A stretch of 40,832 bases of DNA. It comes from a virus. Shown one piece after another: positions 1 to 7,710 of this stretch. The first letter of the stretch is position 1. Each line of letters starts with the position of its first letter. Made by a program: the position numbers and the translations under genes. The notes under the pieces are model-generated. The model was given only the letters and a program-made list of their open reading frames with translations. It was not told the origin of the DNA and searched no databases. The stretch lies in the IMG/VR virus record IMGVR_UViG_3300024268_000164, positions 1-40,832 of that record, one strand, 5' to 3'.

Positions 1-127
1 TTGCCCTTTGAAGCAATGCACACCGGCAATTGCAATCTTCTTCTGCCCTGCCGAATGCACCCGGATAATCTGCTTTCATTCCTGATACTTCAAAGGATTC
101 ACCCACTTCCCGAATTTGTCCGTCAAG
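1..127. repeat. Left copy of an exact 127-nt terminal overlap (identical to 40706..40832)
   Basis: Direct comparison of the first and last 127 nt shows they are identical. The MuF-family ORF is continuous across the join. Confidence 0.97.
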
Positions 128-817
128 TAATCTGTGATGTGTTCTTGTCCTGCCATCCAGGACTGAATTCCACTGCTTTACTACATCCGCACCATTGGAA
201 ATGGCAGCCTTCTGTGCATCATAGGCTGACTGGCACTGAATCCGGTGCCCTTCCGTTCTTGCTATCCTCACAGCATTGTTGTATGCCTTGTTATAGTCTG
301 ACTTCATATCCTTGGCAATCTTCACTGCAATCTGATTGTATGAAGCCCCTTGTGTGATACCCCTTGACAGTTCTGCCCGGATGCTTGCCTTCAGCTTCTT
401 CACATCCTCACCAAGCCTTGTATATAAGCTTGTGGAAATCTTTGAATCTGTCTGCAAGGCTTTCACAACCTGCTTCGGATCAATGGGAACAATAATTGGA
501 ATCCCCTGCCCTGCAATGTCATACATGGCACCCAGGAAGCCATCAGTATAGCAATGTGTCAGGAAGCTTTCCACAGTCGCAAATTCCTGTGTGTGAAGTG
601 CTTCAAGTACATTTTCAATCTGCTTCTTCAATACTTCCTGATACTGCTTTTGGTATATGATGGTTTGAAGGTTTTCCATGTCTGTTCGCATGGACAGTTC
701 CCTGATTTTCTGTTCCACATCCTTTGCTGCCTGGGCATATACCTTCTTCAATTCAGCAATGGTCTGTTTTTCTCTATTCAGTTGTGCCTGCAAGACTTCC
801 TTCTGCTTCTGATTCAT
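1..817 (-). CDS. Minor head / head morphogenesis protein, Phage_Mu_F (SPP1 gp7) family. N-terminal 272 codons; the gene wraps the junction and ends at 40575 (315 aa in total).
   Basis: Not in the ORF track because it is open to the window edge. Hand translation from the ATG at 815-817 gives MNQKQKEVLQAQL...WNSVLDGRTRTHHRLLDGQIREVGESFEV...DYPGAFGRAEEDCNCRCALL. Lies directly downstream of the portal gene. Confidence 0.85.
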   Translation of the reverse strand, partial: MNQKQKEVLQAQLNREKQTIAELKKVYAQAAKDVEQKIRELSMRTDMENLQTIIYQKQYQEVLKKQIENVLEALHTQEFATVESFLTHCYTDGFLGAMYDIAGQGIPIIVPIDPKQVVKALQTDSKISTSLYTRLGEDVKKLKASIRAELSRGITQGASYNQIAVKIAKDMKSDYNKAYNNAVRIARTEGHRIQCQSAYDAQKAAISNGADVVKQWNSVLDGRTRTHHRLLDGQIREVGESFEVSGMKADYPGAFGRAEEDCNCRCALLQRA

Positions 818-2258
818 CCGTCACAACCTCATTCAATGCATTTTCGGCTGCCACCACATCCTGTTCTTCAGGCTGTGGAAGCTTGCCCTTTATTTCTTCA
901 TAATCAATATCAAGCTGTTCACAGATAAGCTGCACAATAGTTTCACCGTCAAGCATTTGTGCAAGGTTCTGCAAGGTTGTGATTTCAACCTGCTTCTTCT
1001 GTGCCTCGGTCAATTCAATCTGTGCATTTTCCTGTGCATTGCTCATGATTTCATGCTCAAAATTGAAATACACCTGATGCATCTGATAATCTGTGCCATT
1101 GGTATCATTGATTTCCTGCAAAACAACCTTGATAAGCTTCCGCAAGAACTGCTTCAGTCTGATTTCAAGCTTTGATACCTTCAAATCAAGTAATGAATAG
1201 GCAGCCTTGATTGCAACATTTGTGGTTGCACTTGTATCTTTCAGGCCTGCTGTATTCAATCCCATTCCAAATCTGTAAATATTCTTTTCATCCAATTCTA
1301 ACTTGGTAAGTCTGGCCTGATAGGGAATGTCAACTGTTTTGAAGTCTACACCGCCACCTTCTTCAACTCCAATGTGCTTCTTGGTCTTGGTGTTCTGTAT
1401 CAGTTCTTCAAGGTTGTCACCCTGGAAGCCTGACACCACAACAAGATATTCTGAAGCATCCTGAAGGTTATTAGAAAGCCCACAGGCCATCAAATCATAA
1501 TCATCTATCAGTTCCTTAATGGTTTTCAGCCCGGAATGCTGCTTCTTGTTATTATCCAAGCGGAAGAAAGGAATGAATCCAAAGTTTTCATAATAGGTTT
1601 TTGTCTTTCCATCTTCCTGATACAGTGTGTGTGGCTTGGGATTGATTTCTGCTGATGTGTCAAGTTCAATGTTTCCATCACCATCCTGCACATAGTAATA
1701 TACTTCTTTTGCACCCCACACCTGAATCCGCTTGATTTTCTTTCTGCCCTTTTCAATGCGGTCAGTATAGTGATATATCATGTGTTCGGTCTTGCTGTCT
1801 GTGTCCTTGGCTCTTACCTCAATCACACCGATTGAATCAGCACACTGAAATGCTGTTTTGTTCTCTGCATCCTTGTATGCAAACATGTATTCAAAGCCTT
1901 TTGCCTGGCATCCTGTCAGCACTTCTGACAATTCCGCTGTGAAATCTTCATTGTCATTGAAATACTTGTCCAATTCGGTCTGTAATTCAGGCAAATCAGA
2001 CTTTATGAAGCCATCATCACCGGACAGCATATATTGCACAGCCTGATCCACCAATTCAGTGAAGAATGGATGTGAAATTTTTATGTTGCTTCTTGTGGTG
2101 TCCTTTATCAATTCACCATCTGCATTGTAGTAATACATTTCATAATCTTTTATGTCATGCCTGCCTTCATAATATGCCTGCCCTTTTCTTGCAAGCTGTT
2201 TCTTTTCTGATGTTGCATCATCTTCAATGAATTGCTTTATTTCATCAATTGTAAGCAT
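774..2258 (-). CDS. Portal protein (SPP1 gp6-type)
   Basis: About 494 aa and lies between terL and the MuF gene. N-terminal pattern TIDEIKQFIEDD..ARKGQAYYEGRHDI is typical of SPP1-family portals. I prefer the ATG at 2258 (SD AAAGGCGGTG upstream) over the track start at 2285. Confidence 0.88.
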   Translation of the reverse strand: MLTIDEIKQFIEDDATSEKKQLARKGQAYYEGRHDIKDYEMYYYNADGELIKDTTRSNIKISHPFFTELVDQAVQYMLSGDDGFIKSDLPELQTELDKYFNDNEDFTAELSEVLTGCQAKGFEYMFAYKDAENKTAFQCADSIGVIEVRAKDTDSKTEHMIYHYTDRIEKGRKKIKRIQVWGAKEVYYYVQDGDGNIELDTSAEINPKPHTLYQEDGKTKTYYENFGFIPFFRLDNNKKQHSGLKTIKELIDDYDLMACGLSNNLQDASEYLVVVSGFQGDNLEELIQNTKTKKHIGVEEGGGVDFKTVDIPYQARLTKLELDEKNIYRFGMGLNTAGLKDTSATTNVAIKAAYSLLDLKVSKLEIRLKQFLRKLIKVVLQEINDTNGTDYQMHQVYFNFEHEIMSNAQENAQIELTEAQKKQVEITTLQNLAQMLDGETIVQLICEQLDIDYEEIKGKLPQPEEQDVVAAENALNEVVTDESEAEGSLAGTTE

Positions 2259-2272
2259 TTTGCACCGCCTTT

Positions 2273-3553
2273 CTAAAACATCCAACCATTTTTCTTGATG
2301 TATTTTTCTAATGCATAACGCATGGCATCCATCAAATGGTTAAAATCATCAATGGGCTTGTTCAGTTTGTTGTCAAACTTGTCTTTGTCCCATGTATAGT
2401 TGCTTATTTCCGTTAGGAAGTTCACACACCTTGGATGGATAATGATTTCAAGTTCCTGAATCCATTGAATACCATTCAGAATGCTATCCCTGCCCTTTTG
2501 TGCAGCTTTTACACGCAAGCCCAGGCCATTCAATTCATCAATTGATTTTGGCTCTGCTGAATCCGCTGTGATATGGTCCTTTTTATAGCCCATTTCTATG
2601 ACTGTATCTGCAATCCGTTTATTGCTCATACCTTTTTCATAAAATTCATCCCACACATACAGCTTCTTGTTCTCTATATCTAAAAAACCAACAAAAAAAG
2701 CACTTGGGTCATTGGTATATCCAAAGTCAAGACCAAATGCTGATTTTACATCTTCTGCGAATACAGGGTTTTTGGGTTTCTTCTCTGCATCCTCATATTC
2801 TTTTTTGTTTGTCAGTGTGAATTCTTCTTCTTTCCAGTTCTCATATACTAAACCATCAACAATACCCCATCCACCAAGGCCTGCCACCGCATATCTTCGT
2901 GGATTGTTCTTCTTCATGGTTTCAAATACTTTCAAATCCGCTTCATCCAACCATTCATTGCACATGTAATTGGTTGTCATTGCAAGAATATCTTCATCTT
3001 CTTCATCAAAGAATCTTTTCTTCAGCCAATGTCTTTCATTCCAAGGGTTGAATGTCAGAATAATTTGCTTGAATAACCCTTCCGGTGTCTTACCTCGGAT
3101 TGATTCATCAAGCATATTGAAATCTTCTTCCTTGGTGATTTCATAGGCTTCTTCTATCCATGCCCAACACAAATATCCTGTATCAACTGCAATGGATGTG
3201 ACTTTCAGCGGATCATCAAGCCCCCTGAAATATATCTTCTGTCCTGTGGGCTTGTATGTGGCTTCCAATGGTGACAAGGTAAAATCCCATAGGTGTTCAA
3301 CCTTCAACCGCTTTGCTGCCCATTTCAGTTCCTTATAACAGGAATCCTTCAGGGTACGGAATACTTTTCTTATAACAAGTGTATTTGCATCCTTATTCCG
3401 CATCATCATGTATATTATCCATAATGCAGTTGTTTTAGATTTCTTGGATGCTCGGCTGCCTTTACACACCTTGTATCTACCTTTGAAATTCCAAAATCGT
3501 TTATACCCCCTGCCAACTAAATTGGGAAGGTTTATATACTCCTTTTTAATCAC
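2273..3553 (-). CDS. terL: Terminase large subunit (PBSX / Terminase_3-like)
   Basis: 426 aa. Walker A-like CKGSRASKKSKT, then WIEEAYE and TFNPW motifs. GTG start overlaps the stop of the upstream ORF. Followed by the portal gene. Confidence 0.9.
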   Translation of the reverse strand: MIKKEYINLPNLVGRGYKRFWNFKGRYKVCKGSRASKKSKTTALWIIYMMMRNKDANTLVIRKVFRTLKDSCYKELKWAAKRLKVEHLWDFTLSPLEATYKPTGQKIYFRGLDDPLKVTSIAVDTGYLCWAWIEEAYEITKEEDFNMLDESIRGKTPEGLFKQIILTFNPWNERHWLKKRFFDEEDEDILAMTTNYMCNEWLDEADLKVFETMKKNNPRRYAVAGLGGWGIVDGLVYENWKEEEFTLTNKKEYEDAEKKPKNPVFAEDVKSAFGLDFGYTNDPSAFFVGFLDIENKKLYVWDEFYEKGMSNKRIADTVIEMGYKKDHITADSAEPKSIDELNGLGLRVKAAQKGRDSILNGIQWIQELEIIIHPRCVNFLTEISNYTWDKDKFDNKLNKPIDDFNHLMDAMRYALEKYIKKNGWMF

Positions 3554-3783
3554 ATTACATCACCATCATATCTTTTACATTGCCTTTGTACACATCTGTG
3601 TGTGTCTGCAAGGCCTTCTGTCAGAAATGCACCATACCGGGAACAATATGCAATGGGATAATAGGAAAGGTTGCCATCTATCAACAGGACCATTTCAGGC
3701 TGTTTCTGTGGCAGGTGCTTCCTTCTTTCCCTTTTCCGCTTCCGCTGTGCTATTCTATTTCCCCTTCCATGACTTTTTTTCAT
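3550..3783 (-). CDS. Hypothetical protein, 77 aa, with a very basic N-terminus (RIAQRKRKRERRK)
   Basis: Fills the terS-terL gap exactly and is translationally coupled at both ends. No motif recognised. Confidence 0.55.
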   Translation of the reverse strand: MKKSHGRGNRIAQRKRKRERRKHLPQKQPEMVLLIDGNLSYYPIAYCSRYGAFLTEGLADTHRCVQRQCKRYDGDVM

Positions 3784-3785
3784 TC

Positions 3786-4172
3786 TTAATCTTCCAAATC
3801 TTCTTCACCGCCAAATACAGGAATAATGAAATCCGCTTCAACCTTTTCTGTGGGCCGCTGCCCTATGGTATCACGCACATATTCCGCTGCCCTTGTATCA
3901 CCCTTCATGGCTTTCTGTATCTGTGCAATCAGGATTGCTTCCTGTACTGATATATTTTTCCCTTTGATTGCTGCAAAGTTCTTTATTTCATCCACATCCA
4001 TGCACTTGCCTGATTTCATGGACATGGAAAGCAAAGATTCCAAGGTTTCCCGGAACAGTTTCTTTTCCCTTCTTGCTTTACCGGATGCAATACCGCCCTT
4101 CTTGCCATTCTTCACGGCTTCTTCTCGGTTTTGTTCACTTGTGAATGGTGTCAAGTTTTCTTCATTTGCCAT
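3786..4172 (-). CDS. terS: Terminase small subunit (putative)
   Basis: 128 aa, upstream of terL. KNGKKGGIASGKARREKK segment is typical of Firmicutes-phage small terminases. Confidence 0.7.
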   Translation of the reverse strand: MANEENLTPFTSEQNREEAVKNGKKGGIASGKARREKKLFRETLESLLSMSMKSGKCMDVDEIKNFAAIKGKNISVQEAILIAQIQKAMKGDTRAAEYVRDTIGQRPTEKVEADFIIPVFGGEEDLED

Positions 4173-4193
4173 ATTGCATCACCTGCCTTTCTG

Positions 4194-4964
4194 TTAGTTT
4201 TTCTTTCTGCTGTACTGATAGCCATATTTCTTGGCATTCTTTCTCAACCACTTATCAACTGCATCATCATAATCTTTGCCCTTCATCTTGGCTGTTTTTA
4301 CTGCCTTGGCAAATTCATTGGCTTTGAAATGGGTTCCCTTCTTGAATGTATAATCATACTTGCTACCACTTGCAATGATACCTTTTGACCGTCTATCCAT
4401 TGCAGTTGATAACAAATCTGCATCTGAAAAGGCACCGCCACTTGGATGGTTATGAATAATCATTGTGCTTCTGTTCCTTGATGTATTTGTGCCACCAATT
4501 GCTACACTGTGCTTTCCGCCTTTTACATACTGATGCACATATCCCTGATCATCAACTTCATATGCCCATTCACCCTTGGCCAACATGTGCTTGCTTTTAA
4601 ACTCTGCCAATGCCCCTTCAAAGGTTTTGCTTTTTATTTTTGTATTGGCATATGCAGGATGTATGGGATTGTAATTGTTCTTCTCGTCACCTGCACCACT
4701 GAAAGAAAATTCTGATTGATTGCCACCTGCACCCCGGCCACCTTCAATGGGTGGAATATACAGTGTTTCACTTCTTGCAATGATGTCCTTTACCGGCTCA
4801 CCATCCAATTCATATTCAAGGGCTTCTTCCAGTGTTTTGAATGTCTTGCCTTCACCGGTTTTCTCATTCCAAATTTCAATTGGTTTCCTGAACATGATCA
4901 CATGCTCTTTTAAGTAAAAACCATTTAATCTATTAAACATGTATCTGAAATGTTCAATTCTCAT
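4194..4964 (-). CDS. Hypothetical protein with a JAB/MPN (RadC-like) metallopeptidase motif and an internal GGRGAGG motif
   Basis: 256 aa. Residues 171-183 read HNHPSGGAFSDAD (HxH..S..D). Residues 75-81 read GGRGAGG. SD GAAAGGTGAAG precedes the ATG. Confidence 0.6.
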   Translation of the reverse strand: MRIEHFRYMFNRLNGFYLKEHVIMFRKPIEIWNEKTGEGKTFKTLEEALEYELDGEPVKDIIARSETLYIPPIEGGRGAGGNQSEFSFSGAGDEKNNYNPIHPAYANTKIKSKTFEGALAEFKSKHMLAKGEWAYEVDDQGYVHQYVKGGKHSVAIGGTNTSRNRSTMIIHNHPSGGAFSDADLLSTAMDRRSKGIIASGSKYDYTFKKGTHFKANEFAKAVKTAKMKGKDYDDAVDKWLRKNAKKYGYQYSRKKN

Positions 4965-4989
4965 TTTTCTTCACCTTTCTTTTGTACGC

Positions 4990-5017
4990 AAAAAAGGCCA
5001 AGTATTTCTACTCAGCC
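4990..5017 (-). terminator. Rho-independent terminator just upstream of the JAB-motif gene
   Basis: Minus strand reads AAAGGCTGAGTA-GAAA-TACTTGGCCTTT followed by TTTGCG. The stem is 12 bp with 2 G-U pairs and a GNRA loop. Confidence 0.6.
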
Positions 5018-5046
5018 TTTCTAAAAATTATGTAATTTGACAGCAG

Positions 5047-5082
5047 AATTGTGGATTATGCACCACAATTTCAGTTTTGCAA
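5047..5082 (-). promoter_or_regulatory. Candidate sigma-A-type promoter (TTGCAA-16-CATAAT) embedded in an 8-bp inverted repeat AATTGTGG-N8-CCACAATT
   Basis: The -35 is at 5077-5082 and the -10 at 5055-5060. The perfect inverted repeat at 5047-5070 is centred on the -10. Confidence 0.4.
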
Positions 5083-5101
5083 CTGCGTTTTCCTTCTTAA
5101 A

Positions 5102-5491
5102 CTAATTTCTGCTGTTTTGATGATAATACCATATTTTGTAAATTCTTTCAATCATCTTTTTTTCTTTTTCGTTAATATCTCTTGTGCCTTTTTCATCATG
5201 GAAGTATCCTTTGTGCGTATGCTGCATTAAACCTTCATGCTGATGTGTAAGATCAACCTGCTTGAATCGTTTATTGTTCTTATCATAGTAAGTTATGCTT
5301 TTTAGTTTATTGTCTTTATTTACTGTTACATACACCCTGCCCTTTGTCATGGTTTCCATAGGTGTGCTTGTAGAACTACCATCAGCATTTCTTACAAACT
5401 TAATATTTCCACTTTGTAATAATGTATTATATTCAGTGCCATACTTCTTGCCCTTATCACTTATGCCACTACTTGCACCCCTTCCACCCAT
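5102..5491 (-). CDS. Hypothetical protein starting MGGRGASSG, with a His-rich C-terminal part (THQHEGLMQHTHKGYFHDE)
   Basis: 129-aa ORF 8 nt downstream of the ParB-like gene. Shares the GGRGA motif with the next gene. Confidence 0.6.
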   Translation of the reverse strand: MGGRGASSGISDKGKKYGTEYNTLLQSGNIKFVRNADGSSTSTPMETMTKGRVYVTVNKDNKLKSITYYDKNNKRFKQVDLTHQHEGLMQHTHKGYFHDEKGTRDINEKEKKMIERIYKIWYYHQNSRN

Positions 5492-5499
5492 CAGCCTTT

Positions 5500-6528
5500 T
5501 TATCCTTTCATTCTTTCGGTGACTTTATTTTCAAAGTATACTGTTTTAATATTTCCATAATCATATTCAACTTTGCCACCGTATATCAGCAATGTTTTAG
5601 GCTGCAACCGCCTGATCATTTCATCAACACCGGCTTTCCATGTTTCAAAGTTGTCACTATCCCTTTTTACACCTATGGTTGATATGGACAGTGTTGATTT
5701 CTTTGGCAATCCGTCAAAGCAAAAATCAAATGTAGCTTCTTCACACCAACTGACTGTTGGAATCACCACCAATCCCATCCGCTGTGCCATCTGTCCAATC
5801 AATCTGCTTCTGTATGTGTTCCAAATCTTCATGGCAATGGGCATTTCTGTATACAGTGAAAAATCAGGTGTAAAAATACAATTGTATTCTGCCAATTTTT
5901 CAATGTATAACTGCGGTTGATTCCACACCCTTTCAAATTGGTAATCATCAACATAAAAATGAATGCCACAATCTTTGTTTTCAGATGTTAGTGCATAATT
6001 GAATCCAATAATATCATTCGGAATATATGAACACGGTTCAATTATAGGCATCTGATAATATCCTTCTGTTGAATATTCGTCATATTCATCAAGATTGTAT
6101 GCGTTTATGGTTCTTTCCCTTTCGTTGGGCTTTTCTTCCGGTTCCTCATGTTCTATAACATCAGGAATATCTTCAAAACCAAATACAGACATGTCAAAAT
6201 CAATAAGTTCATTCAGTTCTTCTGCAAGATAATCAAAATCCCATTCTGCCTTTTCTGCAACCTTGTTATCAGCAAGCCGGAAGGCCTTTATCTGTTCATC
6301 TGTCAGATCATCTGCAACAATGCAAGGCACTTCTTTCAGTTTCAGCTTCTTGGCTGCTTTGTATCTTGTATGCCCGGCAACAATTACATTGTTTTTGTCA
6401 ATGACAATGGGCACCTTGAAACCAAATTCCTTTATGGATTCCATAACATATTTTACGGCTTCATTGTTCTTCCTTGGGTTCTTATCATAAGGGATAAGGT
6501 CCGCAAGGTTCATCCGTACATTCTGCAT
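5500..6528 (-). CDS. ParB-like N-terminal (nuclease/CTPase-fold) domain protein with a DUF4417-like C-terminal domain
   Basis: N-terminus DLIPYDKNPRKN...VIDKNNVIVAGHTRYKAAKKL is the ParB/Srx signature. The C-terminal half (IHFYVDDYQFERVWN...) resembles DUF4417. I prefer the ATG at 6528, preceded by SD AAAGGTGAA. Confidence 0.75.
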   Translation of the reverse strand: MQNVRMNLADLIPYDKNPRKNNEAVKYVMESIKEFGFKVPIVIDKNNVIVAGHTRYKAAKKLKLKEVPCIVADDLTDEQIKAFRLADNKVAEKAEWDFDYLAEELNELIDFDMSVFGFEDIPDVIEHEEPEEKPNERERTINAYNLDEYDEYSTEGYYQMPIIEPCSYIPNDIIGFNYALTSENKDCGIHFYVDDYQFERVWNQPQLYIEKLAEYNCIFTPDFSLYTEMPIAMKIWNTYRSRLIGQMAQRMGLVVIPTVSWCEEATFDFCFDGLPKKSTLSISTIGVKRDSDNFETWKAGVDEMIRRLQPKTLLIYGGKVEYDYGNIKTVYFENKVTERMKG

Positions 6529-6554
6529 GCTGTTCACCTTTATCTTCTGTAATC

Positions 6555-6593
6555 AAAAAGCCTGGAATGTGAGAGAGGTGGCACATCCCAGGC
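6555..6593 (-). terminator. Rho-independent terminator 27 nt upstream of the ParB-like gene start
   Basis: Minus strand reads GCCTGGGATGTG-N10-CACATTCCAGGC followed by TTTTT. The stem is 12 bp with one G-U pair. Confidence 0.7.
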
Positions 6594-6707
6594 ACAGGAA
6601 AAGGCACCCCCATGTGGAAGTGCCCTTGGTTCATCATTTTTTGTTATTATAATAATATCATAAAAAATTACAGAACAAACACCCTTTTTTTCATCTTTTT
6701 CTACCCA

Positions 6708-7079
6708 CTATTTCATTTTTTCTTCCGGTGCCTGATAAGGTTCAGGAAGCGGTTGCCATGCAATAAAACGAAAAGCATTAGGAAAATATGAATCATTTAC
6801 ACACCAATCTTCATTTACATCATAATAACCTGTTTCAACCATTCCATCTTCTGTTTGGAAAATTACAGTTTGATTATGATTCGGCAAGTTTTCATCACAA
6901 GGAATCCAACTGTTTGCTATTGGTGTATTTTCTATTGCCGTATATACTCCCCTTACTTTATCCTCAAATGGCTCATATCCCATATCTATAAGTGCTTTCT
7001 GAACTGATAACATGACAGCACTTTCCAACAGCAATCTATCTTCTTTTCGCATTTTTCCCAAGATTTCATTCACTTCCAT
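6708..7079 (-). CDS. DUF551-like protein (paralog 2)
   Basis: Contains SWIPCDENLP and ends ..AWQPLPEPYQ, the DUF551 hallmark. Tandem with 7085..7501. Confidence 0.7.
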   Translation of the reverse strand: MEVNEILGKMRKEDRLLLESAVMLSVQKALIDMGYEPFEDKVRGVYTAIENTPIANSWIPCDENLPNHNQTVIFQTEDGMVETGYYDVNEDWCVNDSYFPNAFRFIAWQPLPEPYQAPEEKMK

Positions 7080-7084
7080 AACAT

Positions 7085-7501
7085 TTATTCTCCTTCCGGC
7101 TGATAAGGTTCAGGAAGCGGTTGCCATGCCAAAACATCCTGCCCTTCCCACTGCATAGGACCATTTTCAAACCATGCATACGGTTTTAAGTTGTTTCCCC
7201 ATTGGTCTGCGGAACCAAAACAAGGCCGTTCCATAGCTTGCAATTCTTCCTTAGTTTTCCCTTTTCTAAATTCTACAACACTTATACCTGAACAATGTCC
7301 ATTGTCACAATACGCAAGAACTTCCTGACCATCTTCCGGCAATCTCTCACTGCAAGGAATCCAACCGCCATTGTGTTCTTCTGCAAGTTGTTTGACGATT
7401 TCGATTGCACCATCTATGCACTGTCTGTCTAAATTGTCGTGGTCTTCAAAATTTCTGTATTCTTCCAATCTACCAATCAGCTTTTCTATAAATTCTTTCA
7501 T
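7085..7501 (-). CDS. DUF551-like protein (paralog 1)
   Basis: Contains GWIPCSERLPEDG and ends ..AWQPLPEPYQ. Shares a 30-nt identical 3' segment with the paralog. Confidence 0.7.
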   Translation of the reverse strand: MKEFIEKLIGRLEEYRNFEDHDNLDRQCIDGAIEIVKQLAEEHNGGWIPCSERLPEDGQEVLAYCDNGHCSGISVVEFRKGKTKEELQAMERPCFGSADQWGNNLKPYAWFENGPMQWEGQDVLAWQPLPEPYQPEGE

Positions 7502-7515
7502 GTTACACCTACTTT

Positions 7516-7710
7516 CTATGCACCTAACGCAACATTATCACTATCACATGCCATTTTACAGGCTACCTCTTCCATTAAAGTGAGTTTTACATTTTCCATA
7601 AAATACTCTTCACAATATGCTTTCATAAGCAACAATGCTGTTCTCAAATCCATATTGCTTGCAATAACATGGTTTAACTCGTCAATCACTTTGTACTTTT
7701 TTTCACTCAT
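7516..7710 (-). CDS. Hypothetical protein (64 aa)
   Basis: Tightly packed in the early operon with start/stop overlaps. Confidence 0.5.
   Translation of the reverse strand: MSEKKYKVIDELNHVIASNMDLRTALLLMKAYCEEYFMENVKLTLMEEVACKMACDSDNVALGA

Noticed and set aside
4983-4993. An extra copy of the integrase arm-site sequence (TGTACGCAAAA, identical over 11 nt to 20057-20067) next to the terminator upstream of the JAB-motif gene
   Set aside because: The 8-mer core is expected about once by chance in 2x40.7 kb, the 11-mer match was noticed post hoc, and no second site is nearby. It is probably coincidental.
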